DNA from: a virus
Reading direction: 5' to 3' (one strand)
DNA length: 64,000 nt
IMG/VR virus record: IMGVR_UViG_3300046171_000314
Span: 32,001 to 96,000 of that record
Shown: positions 9,037-18,093 of the stretch, one piece after another
Layout: every line of letters begins with the position of its first letter
Position numbering within the stretch: the first letter of the stretch is position 1
The notes under the pieces: generated by a model
Told to the model about the DNA's origin: nothing
The model's input: only the letters and a program-made list of their open reading frames with translations
Database searches by the model: none
Program-made: the position numbers and the translations under genes

Positions 9037-11382
9037 TTGCGTGATAATGGTGAATGGGAACATTACTTTGAAGATTGGGAAAAAGAATTAGGAATACAGG
9101 ATATGCGAAAACAAGCAAGCAGCGATGAAAAGGAACTTCGGAATATTTTCCGTTTGTTGCAACAACAGTTCGGCTCTGCCAATCGATGGAATCAATCGGG
9201 CTTTGAAGATCAATATGTTTCTATCGAAAAAGGAATACTACTGTTCTCTTACACAACAGGTCTTCGTGGAGAGGACTTAGATAACTCCGACTTAGAAGAT
9301 GATATCCGAATAGACAATAAAAAACAGGTCGAAAAGTTTTTGAAGTCAAAGGGCTATGACTTTGTTCTTGAATGCACAAACCCTTATTGTGATACCTTCA
9401 TGCTGACCTTGAAAGGCAAAGAGTGGATGAAAAAATACAACCCCAAGTATGCCAAGCAAGCAAAAGATGAGTGTTCCGACAAGAATAAAACAATGGAATA
9501 TGTCAAATGCCGAGCCGAGAAGATGGAGAAGGAACAAGGGTATCCTGTAGATAAAGCCTTCGCTACCGCTTGGTCAATCGCCTGTAAGCACAAGAAACTG
9601 CCTGACTCAAAAGAACACTGTCAAAAGAAACCTTCTGAATACTTTCCTAAAAAGAAAAAAGCATCCAATGGAGAAATCAATATGAAAAAATTAACTGCCA
9701 ACGACTTGATGTCCTCTGAGGACTATCAAGAAATACTCGCTGAAGAAATGACAGCACGGTTTGAAAAAGGTAAGCCTGCCGACCCAACTGAAAATATGTC
9801 TCCCGAACAAAAAGAAGAGTGGGAAGCCCAAAAGGAAAAGAACAAAGACAACTTCAAGAAGGCAGGCAAAGGTTTGTCCGAGAACGAGATGTTAGATCTC
9901 CTTGATGAATTGGGGTACTCCACAGAAGATTTTGAAGATGATGCCAAACTCCTTAGAGAGTATGCTTCTAATGAAGGGTATGAACAAAAGGGAGACAAGT
10001 TCCATAAAATCAAAGGCAAGAAAGCCGATGACTTGATGTCCGCAGAAGATTTTGAAGAAGTGCTTGCAGGGCATACTCCTGAGTCGTTCAAGAAAATGAT
10101 GAAAGATAATCCTGAACTTGCAAAGAAGTTTAAAGATGAAGAAGTCAATAAAGACAATTACGAAGAAAAATTGAAAGGCAAGAAAGCAGGACAATCTGTT
10201 CGTGAAAGTGAGATGGATATCGGTACTGTTTATGTTGGAACTTTCGGTCACCAAACTTGGCACTTCAAGCCCACCGCTGCGGCTGCTAAGAGCGGCAAGG
10301 TCAAAGGGTTGATAATGGGCTATGGGGAGAAGAAACCCAAGACCGCTTTCATTGGAAAGAAGACAGGTTATGATGGGGTCAAGTGGGAAGAAGCAAGTGA
10401 TGTTCCTGCTAAAATGAAATCTGCTGCAAGCATGACACCACAGCAAAAGAATATTCTGAAAACCATTTCTGAACTTGGCAAGAAGACTCCTCTTAGAAAA
10501 GCCTTTAAGTTGGATATCGAATACGCAACCTCTTGGGGCATTTCAGTAACCATTAAAGATGCCATCCCAAAGCATACAGTATCTAAATTAGATATCACCT
10601 ATATGAGCGAACCTGACTTTTTGTACTACACAATCATAGGTGCAAATGAAGAGGAAGAATACATAGAGGTGAGAAAAGCAGGAGCATTGATTGAAGCAGG
10701 GGATATGAGTGCCCTAGCAAATCCGCTTCTAAAAGGACTTAGAAAGTTCCAATCGAGATCTGCTGCCGAAGATATTATGGCAGGACACACGCCTGAATCC
10801 TTTAAGAAATGGTGCAAGGACAATCCTGATGCTTGTGCTGAGTGGGAAGAGAACACCGAGAAATATAAAGATGTCGTGAAAGACCAAAGTAAGAAAGCAT
10901 CTCCTATTGGAAAGGGCAAGATGGGTTATGTCGCCTTTTGGATAAAGGGTCGTGATGGTTCTGACCGAGTTGAAATTATGGCAGACAGTAAGTATGAGGC
11001 ACAACAGTTGGCAGTAGCATACTTTCAAAAAACCACACGCAAAAAAGTGAAAGGCTTTGATATCGCTATTGAACTTGCCGATACCCCTATCTCTACTCAA
11101 CACCTTGCAAACAAGGAAGCAGATTGTGGTTGTGAGGGATACCAAGTGTTCTATGTTCAACCTGAGCAACACGAACACTTTGATGCTTACGAGCCTGAAT
11201 ACTTTGCTCCTGAGCCTGAGCCTTATTCGCCACTAGATATGTCTATGTACGAACAAATGTTGGGCTTGCCTCGATTTGCGACACAACAAAAGATCGCTGA
11301 TGCCGAGCAATTAATAAAAGATAATGATGCCCTGTTGGAAGTGCTAGAAGCACAGACCGACATGATCAATAAACTATTTTAA
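9037..11382 (+). CDS. modular polyprotein-like putative internal head protein
   Basis: 781 aa; many K-x-A-[S/G/D/N] junctions; repeated DLMSxED and AGHTPESFKK..KDNP modules. Confidence 0.7.
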   Translation: MRDNGEWEHYFEDWEKELGIQDMRKQASSDEKELRNIFRLLQQQFGSANRWNQSGFEDQYVSIEKGILLFSYTTGLRGEDLDNSDLEDDIRIDNKKQVEKFLKSKGYDFVLECTNPYCDTFMLTLKGKEWMKKYNPKYAKQAKDECSDKNKTMEYVKCRAEKMEKEQGYPVDKAFATAWSIACKHKKLPDSKEHCQKKPSEYFPKKKKASNGEINMKKLTANDLMSSEDYQEILAEEMTARFEKGKPADPTENMSPEQKEEWEAQKEKNKDNFKKAGKGLSENEMLDLLDELGYSTEDFEDDAKLLREYASNEGYEQKGDKFHKIKGKKADDLMSAEDFEEVLAGHTPESFKKMMKDNPELAKKFKDEEVNKDNYEEKLKGKKAGQSVRESEMDIGTVYVGTFGHQTWHFKPTAAAAKSGKVKGLIMGYGEKKPKTAFIGKKTGYDGVKWEEASDVPAKMKSAASMTPQQKNILKTISELGKKTPLRKAFKLDIEYATSWGISVTIKDAIPKHTVSKLDITYMSEPDFLYYTIIGANEEEEYIEVRKAGALIEAGDMSALANPLLKGLRKFQSRSAAEDIMAGHTPESFKKWCKDNPDACAEWEENTEKYKDVVKDQSKKASPIGKGKMGYVAFWIKGRDGSDRVEIMADSKYEAQQLAVAYFQKTTRKKVKGFDIAIELADTPISTQHLANKEADCGCEGYQVFYVQPEQHEHFDAYEPEYFAPEPEPYSPLDMSMYEQMLGLPRFATQQKIADAEQLIKDNDALLEVLEAQTDMINKLF

Positions 11383-11395
11383 GAGGATATTATCA

Positions 11396-12313
11396 ATGGC
11401 TGCAAACCCTATGAATACCTTTGCTGACTTAATAGAACTAAGGGCTGCTTTTAATGCGGCTTTTACAGCAACAGACCTTACAAAAGAAACTCTTAAAAAG
11501 TTTGAAGCACTCAGCCTGCCTGCGGATGATAGCACAACCAAAAGATTGGAACTCCAATTGAAAAAGTTTGAAGCGGCTATCAAGAAGGCTCGGAAGGCGA
11601 TGAACACTGCCACAAAAAAGAAAGTTCCTGATGAGTTAGTGAAGTACTTCAAGAAAGAACTCAAGGCTTTGAAGAAAGTTCTTGGTGCAGGAGTTTTCGG
11701 AACACCTGCCTATGGGGTGGTAGCCTTCGGAGGAAGAAAGTTATCCTTTTATATCTCAGTTCCTTTGAAAGACAGTTCCTCTATAAATTTCCAATTGGTT
11801 CTTCAATATGAGGAAGCCAAAGAGGGCTACACAAATTATCGAAGAACTTACATTCCTCCTGTCCCTGCTAAGGTTAAAACTGAGGCTTTTATCTCCTTCG
11901 GCAGCCTTGAGAACACCGCATCTTATGGCAGAGGTTATGTAGATAGCAGCGGACTCCTTGAAAAACTGAAAAATGACAAGTATGTTCATTATCCGAACTT
12001 GGCTCAGATACAACAGCAACTCGATGCAGAGAAAGCAGAATTAGAGAGATTGTCCAACAGGGTCTCCCACCTAGAATTCAGAGACATTGAAGAAAGAAAT
12101 GGAACGTTTGTAGCAGAGTTCGAAACTCGGTACGACCTGCATTGGGAATATGACCAAGAGGGTATGAGCAGAAGAGAATGGGATGATCAAGCCAATGCGT
12201 ATCTTAAAGAGGATGCTGACCGCCTTCACAATATTTTTCCGAAAGACACCTATCGCATACAAGGTGACGTTATGGATAAAGGATACGCATCTTTCTATGT
12301 TCAAAAGAAATAG
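11396..12313 (+). CDS. hypothetical protein (late operon)
   Basis: GAGGA RBS, 305 aa. Confidence 0.75.
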   Translation: MAANPMNTFADLIELRAAFNAAFTATDLTKETLKKFEALSLPADDSTTKRLELQLKKFEAAIKKARKAMNTATKKKVPDELVKYFKKELKALKKVLGAGVFGTPAYGVVAFGGRKLSFYISVPLKDSSSINFQLVLQYEEAKEGYTNYRRTYIPPVPAKVKTEAFISFGSLENTASYGRGYVDSSGLLEKLKNDKYVHYPNLAQIQQQLDAEKAELERLSNRVSHLEFRDIEERNGTFVAEFETRYDLHWEYDQEGMSRREWDDQANAYLKEDADRLHNIFPKDTYRIQGDVMDKGYASFYVQKK

Positions 12314-12322
12314 GAAAAATTT

Positions 12323-13096
12323 ATGCTGTTACCCATTTATGAATATCGGAAAGCCCTAAAACTTGGAAAAGGGCTGCATCGAAAACAAATGCAGGAAGCC
12401 ACAGCGTTGTCCAAAGTCGATCCACAATTAGCACAGGCTATGGTTCAAATGGGCAATGGGGAAACAGACAGGGTTTCTATTGGACAAAAATCAGGAATCA
12501 AGGCATCTCGCCTATTGCCTTCTCAAAGAACTATGAGAATAAAACACGCTGTGGGGATTGCTCTTGGTATGCTCAAATCTAAAAAGATTGGAGGAGGGAT
12601 TGGAGCAATTATCTCAAAAGATGGGCACATTATGGATGGACATCACCGTTGGGCAGCGAGTATTTTAGCGGCAGGTGAGCAAGCAACCGTTGGAGGTTGG
12701 GTGGCAAACTTGGAAGGAAGAAAACTTGTGGCTGTTTTGAACGTTATCACCAAAGGATACTTTGGAAAACGAAATGGAAACAAAGGCACAGGAGACATCA
12801 AAAAATTTACCCCCCAAGAAACAAAAAAAGTTCTACTAGAATATACCACTCAGGGTCGAGGGGGTGCGTATGCTATGTCAGCAGAAGAGATTCAAGATAT
12901 TCTCATAGACTATTTCGGATCTGTTGAAATAGGTATTTCAACAATGTCCTCTAATGCTTCCTACATAACAACAAGCGTTCCAAGTTGGGCACCGGATCGT
13001 ATAGATATGCCTGTAATCGACTCTAATGAAGTTCCTGAAGCAGCGAAATTACTGAACAAGGGTTTGGTTGATTGGAATGAACCTTTTACACAATAA
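12323..13096 (+). CDS. ParB/Srx-like domain protein
   Basis: LLPSQ...IISKDGHIMDGHHRWAA motif. Confidence 0.7.
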   Translation: MLLPIYEYRKALKLGKGLHRKQMQEATALSKVDPQLAQAMVQMGNGETDRVSIGQKSGIKASRLLPSQRTMRIKHAVGIALGMLKSKKIGGGIGAIISKDGHIMDGHHRWAASILAAGEQATVGGWVANLEGRKLVAVLNVITKGYFGKRNGNKGTGDIKKFTPQETKKVLLEYTTQGRGGAYAMSAEEIQDILIDYFGSVEIGISTMSSNASYITTSVPSWAPDRIDMPVIDSNEVPEAAKLLNKGLVDWNEPFTQ

Positions 13097-13114
13097 AAAT
13101 GAATAGGAGAATCT

Positions 13115-13690
13115 ATGAGAAAACGACTTACTTGGAAAAAGAAAGCCACCACCAACACAGATCAGTTTGTTGAAAAACAAGCAGGATCAGGAATGTATGG
13201 CTCAACCAAAGCAATCGAGAGTTCTGTTCTTGCTAGTGTCCGTAAAATACAAAAGAGAGCCGATAAAATCGCAAAGGCGTTGTACAAGAAAAATGCAAAG
13301 ACCGCACAGTTCTTGGCAACACACTCAAAGCGTTCTAAGTCTTCCTCTGCAAAAGTGATTATGGATGCGATGGCGAATCTCGGACCTAAGTTCGCTGCTG
13401 ACAAAACAGCAGGACACGGAATGTATGGATACGAATCGAAAGTAGCCGCACTTTGTCTTGCAGGTTGCACAGAACTTAAGCAATATGTCGGTGAGGTCGT
13501 GTCCGACCTGCACAGAAGAAAAGCCGCAAAGCACGCCAATGTTATGTCCTTCTTGAAAACTCACAAGAAGGAAGCCAAGTGTGATTGTTCTTCAATGATG
13601 CTTTCTTACTACCCTGATGCGAGTACCAAGTTCGCTAGCAACACCCCCAAGACCGTAAGCGATTGGATTAAATGGGAGGATTGGAAATGA
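13115..13690 (+). CDS. putative virion protein with internal duplication
   Basis: Two repeats KxAG.GMYG...FLxTH.K..K; KFAA/KFAS junctions. Confidence 0.7.
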   Translation: MRKRLTWKKKATTNTDQFVEKQAGSGMYGSTKAIESSVLASVRKIQKRADKIAKALYKKNAKTAQFLATHSKRSKSSSAKVIMDAMANLGPKFAADKTAGHGMYGYESKVAALCLAGCTELKQYVGEVVSDLHRRKAAKHANVMSFLKTHKKEAKCDCSSMMLSYYPDASTKFASNTPKTVSDWIKWEDWK

Positions 13691-14265
13691 ATCAAAAAGA
13701 CAAATTACTGACCCTTGCTCGCCATGCCCGTAATAGTCGTGATTGGGAAACCCTTGAACAAGTGAAAATGCTCAATGAAACCTTGAATCTACTCTCCGAA
13801 AATGAAGAGGGTCTTCTTCATTGGGGTGTTTATGCTAAGTGGATAGCCCTTGCTATGAACTCAAACTTTTTCCACCACCTACGAGATTACAAGAAATACA
13901 ACTTGGGTGTGACCTTTTCAAGTGCAGGACAAGTCCTTGTAAGAGAAATTGTAGATCCCGACAAGGCTAAAAAGTTTTATGACTTAGGGTATGACATTAT
14001 CGAACTACAATTTGTTGCTTCCAACGTTATTCCTGAAGAATATCTTAGACGAGATTGGGATGACAAGATACTCGATGAGATAAGCGAAATTGAGAGTAAT
14101 GTAAAAGAAGCGGTCTCTACTTTTATGTCTGATATTGAGCAATTTGCGGAAACCTACGGGTGGATGAAATGTCGGCAAACAAAAATCTATGTTTCTTCTC
14201 GAAGGGAGTATGGCACGAATATAGTTCTCGAAACGGGAATCTCTCTCAAAGAAACCCTCAAATAG
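13687..14265 (+). CDS. helical-leader family protein
   Basis: MNQKDKLLTLARHARNSRDWETLEQVKMLNETL. Confidence 0.75.
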   Translation: MNQKDKLLTLARHARNSRDWETLEQVKMLNETLNLLSENEEGLLHWGVYAKWIALAMNSNFFHHLRDYKKYNLGVTFSSAGQVLVREIVDPDKAKKFYDLGYDIIELQFVASNVIPEEYLRRDWDDKILDEISEIESNVKEAVSTFMSDIEQFAETYGWMKCRQTKIYVSSRREYGTNIVLETGISLKETLK

Positions 14266-14269
14266 GAGA

Positions 14270-14848
14270 TTGGAAGTGAAAAATAAATTAATAGAATTGG
14301 CGAGGGGTGCGAAAGAGCAAAGAGACAAAGGTATCTTGGAGCAAGCACAGATGCTGAATGAGTCTTTGAATCTGTTTTCAGAAGAAGAGAAGATAAAATA
14401 CTTCATTTGGGATGTAGATAAGCAATGGGAAGCCTCAGGGTATCAAAGAAAACTCGAAGCCCTTGCAAAGAAGTTCGCAACAGGAGAAAGGGAGGTCATC
14501 TTTTATGGTGACTATGATAATACAGCAGAATTAGAAATAACTCTGAGACTCTATGATTATGTTCCTGATAAAGTCATTGACACATATATGGAAAATCCCA
14601 AATATGGAATGTATGAACTAGAAGAAACGAAACTTTGGGAGAAGACAGGGGCAAGGTTAAAAAAACAAGCCGAAGGATTTATCAAAGATATTGTTTCGGT
14701 GTTTAGTAATTCCGATCTCTATGATATAAAGTTCAAAGGAAGTAGGATTAGACCACGAAATATCCTTGTAAGGCGTGTCGAAGGATACTATGCAGGAGAT
14801 TATGACGCAGGGCTTTTATTATCTTTCGATATTGAGATTAAGGAATAG
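14270..14848 (+). CDS. helical-leader family protein
   Basis: KNKLIELARGAKEQRDKGILEQAQMLNESL. Confidence 0.75.
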   Translation: MEVKNKLIELARGAKEQRDKGILEQAQMLNESLNLFSEEEKIKYFIWDVDKQWEASGYQRKLEALAKKFATGEREVIFYGDYDNTAELEITLRLYDYVPDKVIDTYMENPKYGMYELEETKLWEKTGARLKKQAEGFIKDIVSVFSNSDLYDIKFKGSRIRPRNILVRRVEGYYAGDYDAGLLLSFDIEIKE

Positions 14849-15035
14849 GCAGTATCTTCCAAAAGTACTTGGATAGGTTTTGGCTGACAGCATAGGTGTC
14901 CAATATCATATACTCAGGAGGGTTCATTATTTCGATAGTGAACTCTCTATCGTTTTCAGCAAAGACCCTACAAACCATACCCTCTTTGAGGGTTGATCCC
15001 AAGTCTTGCAGTATGACATACACTTTTCCCACCAT
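14838..15035 (-). CDS. small hypothetical protein
   Basis: 65 aa ORF filling the gap between genes. Confidence 0.45.
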   Translation of the reverse strand: MVGKVYVILQDLGSTLKEGMVCRVFAENDREFTIEIMNPPEYMILDTYAVSQNLSKYFWKILPIP

Positions 15036-15088
15036 ATCTATTTTCGGTTATTGTCTTATTATTGGGGGACATATGTGAGAGGTGCATT

Positions 15089-15490
15089 ATGTCAGAAGTC
15101 ATAGACCTAACCCAAATCCTGAGAAGGAAAAAAATGGTGAGATACCTAACTGAAGGTATTCCCCTCGACCTATCCCCTGAGTTACTTGAAGAATTCAAGT
15201 TTCGGTTGGAACACGTCATTTCAGAGAAGGGCTTGTATACAAAGCACAACTATGAGTGCGAAGGGTTCGATGTGGATGAAATCGAAATCTATTTTAGTGA
15301 AGAGTATGAGATCGAAAATCGCTTGATGACCATTGCTTTCATAGATGGGGTGTTGACCTTCTTAATGCCTGATACTCTTGTGGTAGGCACAGAAAATTTT
15401 ACACTATTTGGTCGCATCGCAGTAGCCACCATTAACTGTTGGGAAAGTTTTGAAGAACTAATCAAGTTCATAACACAAGAACTCGATTAG
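15089..15490 (+). CDS. hypothetical protein
   Basis: GAGGTG RBS before MSEVIDL. Confidence 0.7.
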   Translation: MSEVIDLTQILRRKKMVRYLTEGIPLDLSPELLEEFKFRLEHVISEKGLYTKHNYECEGFDVDEIEIYFSEEYEIENRLMTIAFIDGVLTFLMPDTLVVGTENFTLFGRIAVATINCWESFEELIKFITQELD

Positions 15491-15552
15491 TATCCCCAAA
15501 ACTGTTCATAAGATAAGCCCTTGCAACGCACGAGCAATAATATATAGTCCAT
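15487..15552 (-). CDS. candidate 21-aa small ORF (MDYILLLVRCKGLSYEQFWGY)
   Basis: AGGAGG RBS that can pair with upstream CCTCC. Confidence 0.3.
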   Translation of the reverse strand: MDYILLLVRCKGLSYEQFWGY

Positions 15553-15621
15553 CACCGTTTCCCTCCTAGTTGTGAACGGAGGCTATGTTAACACATAAAA
15601 CACAGTTCGTTTGTGACTTGC

Positions 15622-16236
15622 TTATGACCAAAACCAACGAGCCAATAAAATACCTGCTGCTATGTCACTTGGGTAGTGCATACCCCCAACCATTCGAGTG
15701 CGAGAAATAAGAGCGGCTACTCTCATCCACTCATCTGCAAGTTCAGGATACAGGTTCGTGTAGTACAACCTCAACATTTCTGCCTGTGTTGTATGTCCTG
15801 AGGGATAAGACGCTGACCAAGCCGAAATACTATCCATCGGATAAAGTTCGACATCGTAGTAAGAAGCAAGTTGAAAGGGGCGTGCTCTATTGAAAGAGTA
15901 CTTCAAAAAAGCAACCACCTCTGCCACCCTATCACTGATGTTTTCAACCACAGGAATCATTGGGTCTATTTGATACTCGGCACAAACCTCATAGAACATA
16001 GAGGTCAGGTCTTCGTCTGCTTTTACGATGAGGGGTCTCATATAAGGTCGCTCTTCTTCTTGCAGAAGATACAAGTACTCTAATTCGGACAGGGTTTCTT
16101 CTGAACTATTTCGAGGGTGTTCAGGTAGTTGGGGGATATCCATTCCGCTTTCAACAAACTTATCGAGCAGTTCTTCGTGTGAGTCAGAAGGATTCCCATA
16201 GCCCAAGATATCATCGATGTACATTTGCCTCTCCAA
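15622..16236 (-). CDS. PAP2-superfamily phosphatase/haloperoxidase-like protein
   Basis: KYSFNRARP, SYPSGH and SRTRMVGGMHYPSD motifs. Confidence 0.85.
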   Translation of the reverse strand: MERQMYIDDILGYGNPSDSHEELLDKFVESGMDIPQLPEHPRNSSEETLSELEYLYLLQEEERPYMRPLIVKADEDLTSMFYEVCAEYQIDPMIPVVENISDRVAEVVAFLKYSFNRARPFQLASYYDVELYPMDSISAWSASYPSGHTTQAEMLRLYYTNLYPELADEWMRVAALISRTRMVGGMHYPSDIAAGILLARWFWS

Positions 16237-16249
16237 TAATGCCTCTATA
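16235..16249 (+). promoter_or_regulatory. putative late promoter
   Basis: AATAAT-GCCT-CTATA. Confidence 0.65.
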
Positions 16250-16282
16250 AAAATATAAAAGCATTATCGTGGAGGACGTTCT

Positions 16283-16633
16283 ATGAAAAACCCAAGCATA
16301 CAAAGAGTTGCCAACGCATACATCAAAGCCTCTTCTTTTGATATTGAGATGAGTACAGGTATGTGGAGTGATGGACAACAGTTCCTTAAGGCTATCAATA
16401 AAGAACTGAGTGCAGAGGGACTACCTGAGGTGTATCGAGTGGTGATTGACTCTCTGAAGGGATTCAATGGATATGAACTTATTCTTTCTTGGAAGGAGAG
16501 TTACGGTCAAGTAAAGAACACACAAATGTGCAATGTCATAAAGAACTATGCTGAAAAGAAATTTCCCACAAGCCTGTCGGTGCAGCCCTCAAAGATAACA
16601 GGCAGGGCACACTACAAAGTCATTTTGAAATAG
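16283..16633 (+). CDS. RVAxxY-tagged putative virion protein
   Basis: MKNPSIQRVANAYIKAS leader; GGAGG RBS. Confidence 0.7.
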   Translation: MKNPSIQRVANAYIKASSFDIEMSTGMWSDGQQFLKAINKELSAEGLPEVYRVVIDSLKGFNGYELILSWKESYGQVKNTQMCNVIKNYAEKKFPTSLSVQPSKITGRAHYKVILK

Positions 16634-16642
16634 GAAAACGCA

Positions 16643-16720
16643 ATGAAAACGCCAAGTATTAAAAGAGTTGCTTTTCACTACTTGAACAAAAGAGCGAGCC
16701 TATATGAGAGAAATCTTTAA
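16643..16720 (+). CDS. 25-aa leader-only mini-ORF (MKTPSIKRVAFHYLNKRASLYERNL)
   Basis: AGGA RBS; paralogous to the 16283 leader; TAATG-coupled to the nuclease gene; not in ORF track. Confidence 0.65.
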   Translation: MKTPSIKRVAFHYLNKRASLYERNL

Positions 16721-17076
16721 TGGAACTCTACACCTATAAAGCCACTATCACATCTGTCTATGATGGAGATACCTGCACCGCAGATGTCGATCTCGGTTTC
16801 TATATGATACAACGAAAGGTCAAGGTTCGCCTTTATGGTATCAACACCGCAGAACTTAGGGGTGGCACAGAGGAAACAAAACAAGCCGCTGTACAGGCTC
16901 GTGACTACCTCAGAAATTGTGTTCTCAACCAAGAGGTGTTGTTGAAATCTTGTGGGAAAGGCAAGTATGGTCGTTGGCTCTGCGAAATCTTTGTGGTTGA
17001 TCCACAGACAGGCGAGAAGACCAATGTCAATCAGAAACTAATCGAACTTGGTCTTGCTGTTCCCTATATGGTCTAA
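16720..17076 (+). CDS. thermonuclease (SNase-like)
   Basis: VYDGDT, VRLYGINTAEL, GKYGRWL motifs. Confidence 0.9.
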   Translation: MELYTYKATITSVYDGDTCTADVDLGFYMIQRKVKVRLYGINTAELRGGTEETKQAAVQARDYLRNCVLNQEVLLKSCGKGKYGRWLCEIFVVDPQTGEKTNVNQKLIELGLAVPYMV

Positions 17077-17486
17077 GAGTTCTTATCGTCTCGCAACTTA
17101 TCAAGGTTGTCAAGATACGGTGGTGATTTGACTTTGTAATCCCAAAGCCAAGCCCATCGTTTTCTCGTTGCAAGATACTCTAAGTTAGAGTCATTGACAT
17201 ATGCCTCTTGTTCGGCTCGGATACAATAGTAGGAGATGTTCCCTTGCTTATGTATCAACAGACCAATGAACCAATCCCATAGATACACAAACCAAAAGCC
17301 AATAAAGAACAGGTCAAGGTATTGTTGGTAGTGAATGGTTTCGTGGTTGCGGAGTTTCTCATCCATCTCACCACGAGCGATAACGACAAAGCCTAACGTG
17401 ATAGCCCCAATGGTGATAGGGGATACCTTACTTAGCCACACAGGTATGCGACTATTCTCAATAAATATGGGTTTCCAATTTTTCAA
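17073..17486 (-). CDS. membrane protein with HExxH motif
   Basis: AITLG..., NHETIHYQQ, hydrophobic segment, EQEAY. Confidence 0.7.
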   Translation of the reverse strand: MKNWKPIFIENSRIPVWLSKVSPITIGAITLGFVVIARGEMDEKLRNHETIHYQQYLDLFFIGFWFVYLWDWFIGLLIHKQGNISYYCIRAEQEAYVNDSNLEYLATRKRWAWLWDYKVKSPPYLDNLDKLRDDKNS

Positions 17487-17899
17487 AATACAAATCCTCC
17501 ATCTGATCCCTCTTGGATTACATCAAAGGCATAATCCAAAAGACTCAAAATCTGTTTCTGTTGTTTTCCTATTAAGGATTGCATATCGACTATCAAATGA
17601 TTGATAGTGTTTTCGTAAATCTTCGCATCCCCAATGTATGATAAAAGAGTATCGTTCAAGGCGTTCTCAAAGTCAAATCTTGGTGCTACGGTGGAAGCGA
17701 TGTTCCACGCATCGTTTTCTGCGTGGTTACGTCTGACATTTAACAAATGTCGTTCAAAATCTAAATCTCGACCATCCTCAGAAAGAGCCTCTATAAGAGA
17801 AGCCACTTGCAAAAGAGCCTCTCGGTTTTTATTTTTTAGACCTCTTTTCCAAATGGTGAATAGTTTCTTTTTGTGTTCTTGACTAATTGGTTTTTGCAT
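17483..17899 (-). CDS. helical-leader family protein
   Basis: EHKKKLFTIWKRGLKNKNREALLQVASLIEAL. Confidence 0.75.
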   Translation of the reverse strand: MQKPISQEHKKKLFTIWKRGLKNKNREALLQVASLIEALSEDGRDLDFERHLLNVRRNHAENDAWNIASTVAPRFDFENALNDTLLSYIGDAKIYENTINHLIVDMQSLIGKQQKQILSLLDYAFDVIQEGSDGGFVF

Positions 17900-17940
17900 T
17901 AGGAACTCCTTTCTACTTTATAGAATATAGAAAGAATAAA

Positions 17941-18086
17941 AAGAAACCCCTCGTTTCCTCAAAGTTCTGAACACCGACTGACTTGCAAGTGTCGAAAGGA
18001 AACAAGGGGGACATATCTCGTAGCAAAGATGCGATCTCGCAAGCAGGGAACATCAATGTTCAGAACTTTGCTCTGCGGTGAGATTT
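17941..18086 (-). ncRNA. structured 3' RNA element (terminator with crossing 14-bp helix)
   Basis: 17947-17959/17997-18009 stem (U-G pair on minus strand) followed by U-run; perfect 14-bp IR 17960-17973/18057-18070 crossing it. Confidence 0.55.
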
Positions 18087-18093
18087 TTCTTTT

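Noticed and set aside
9346-11178. Multiple minus-strand ORFs (and similar shadow ORFs throughout the track)
   Set aside because: Antisense to long coding genes, no RBS, Ser/Phe/Leu-rich mirror composition
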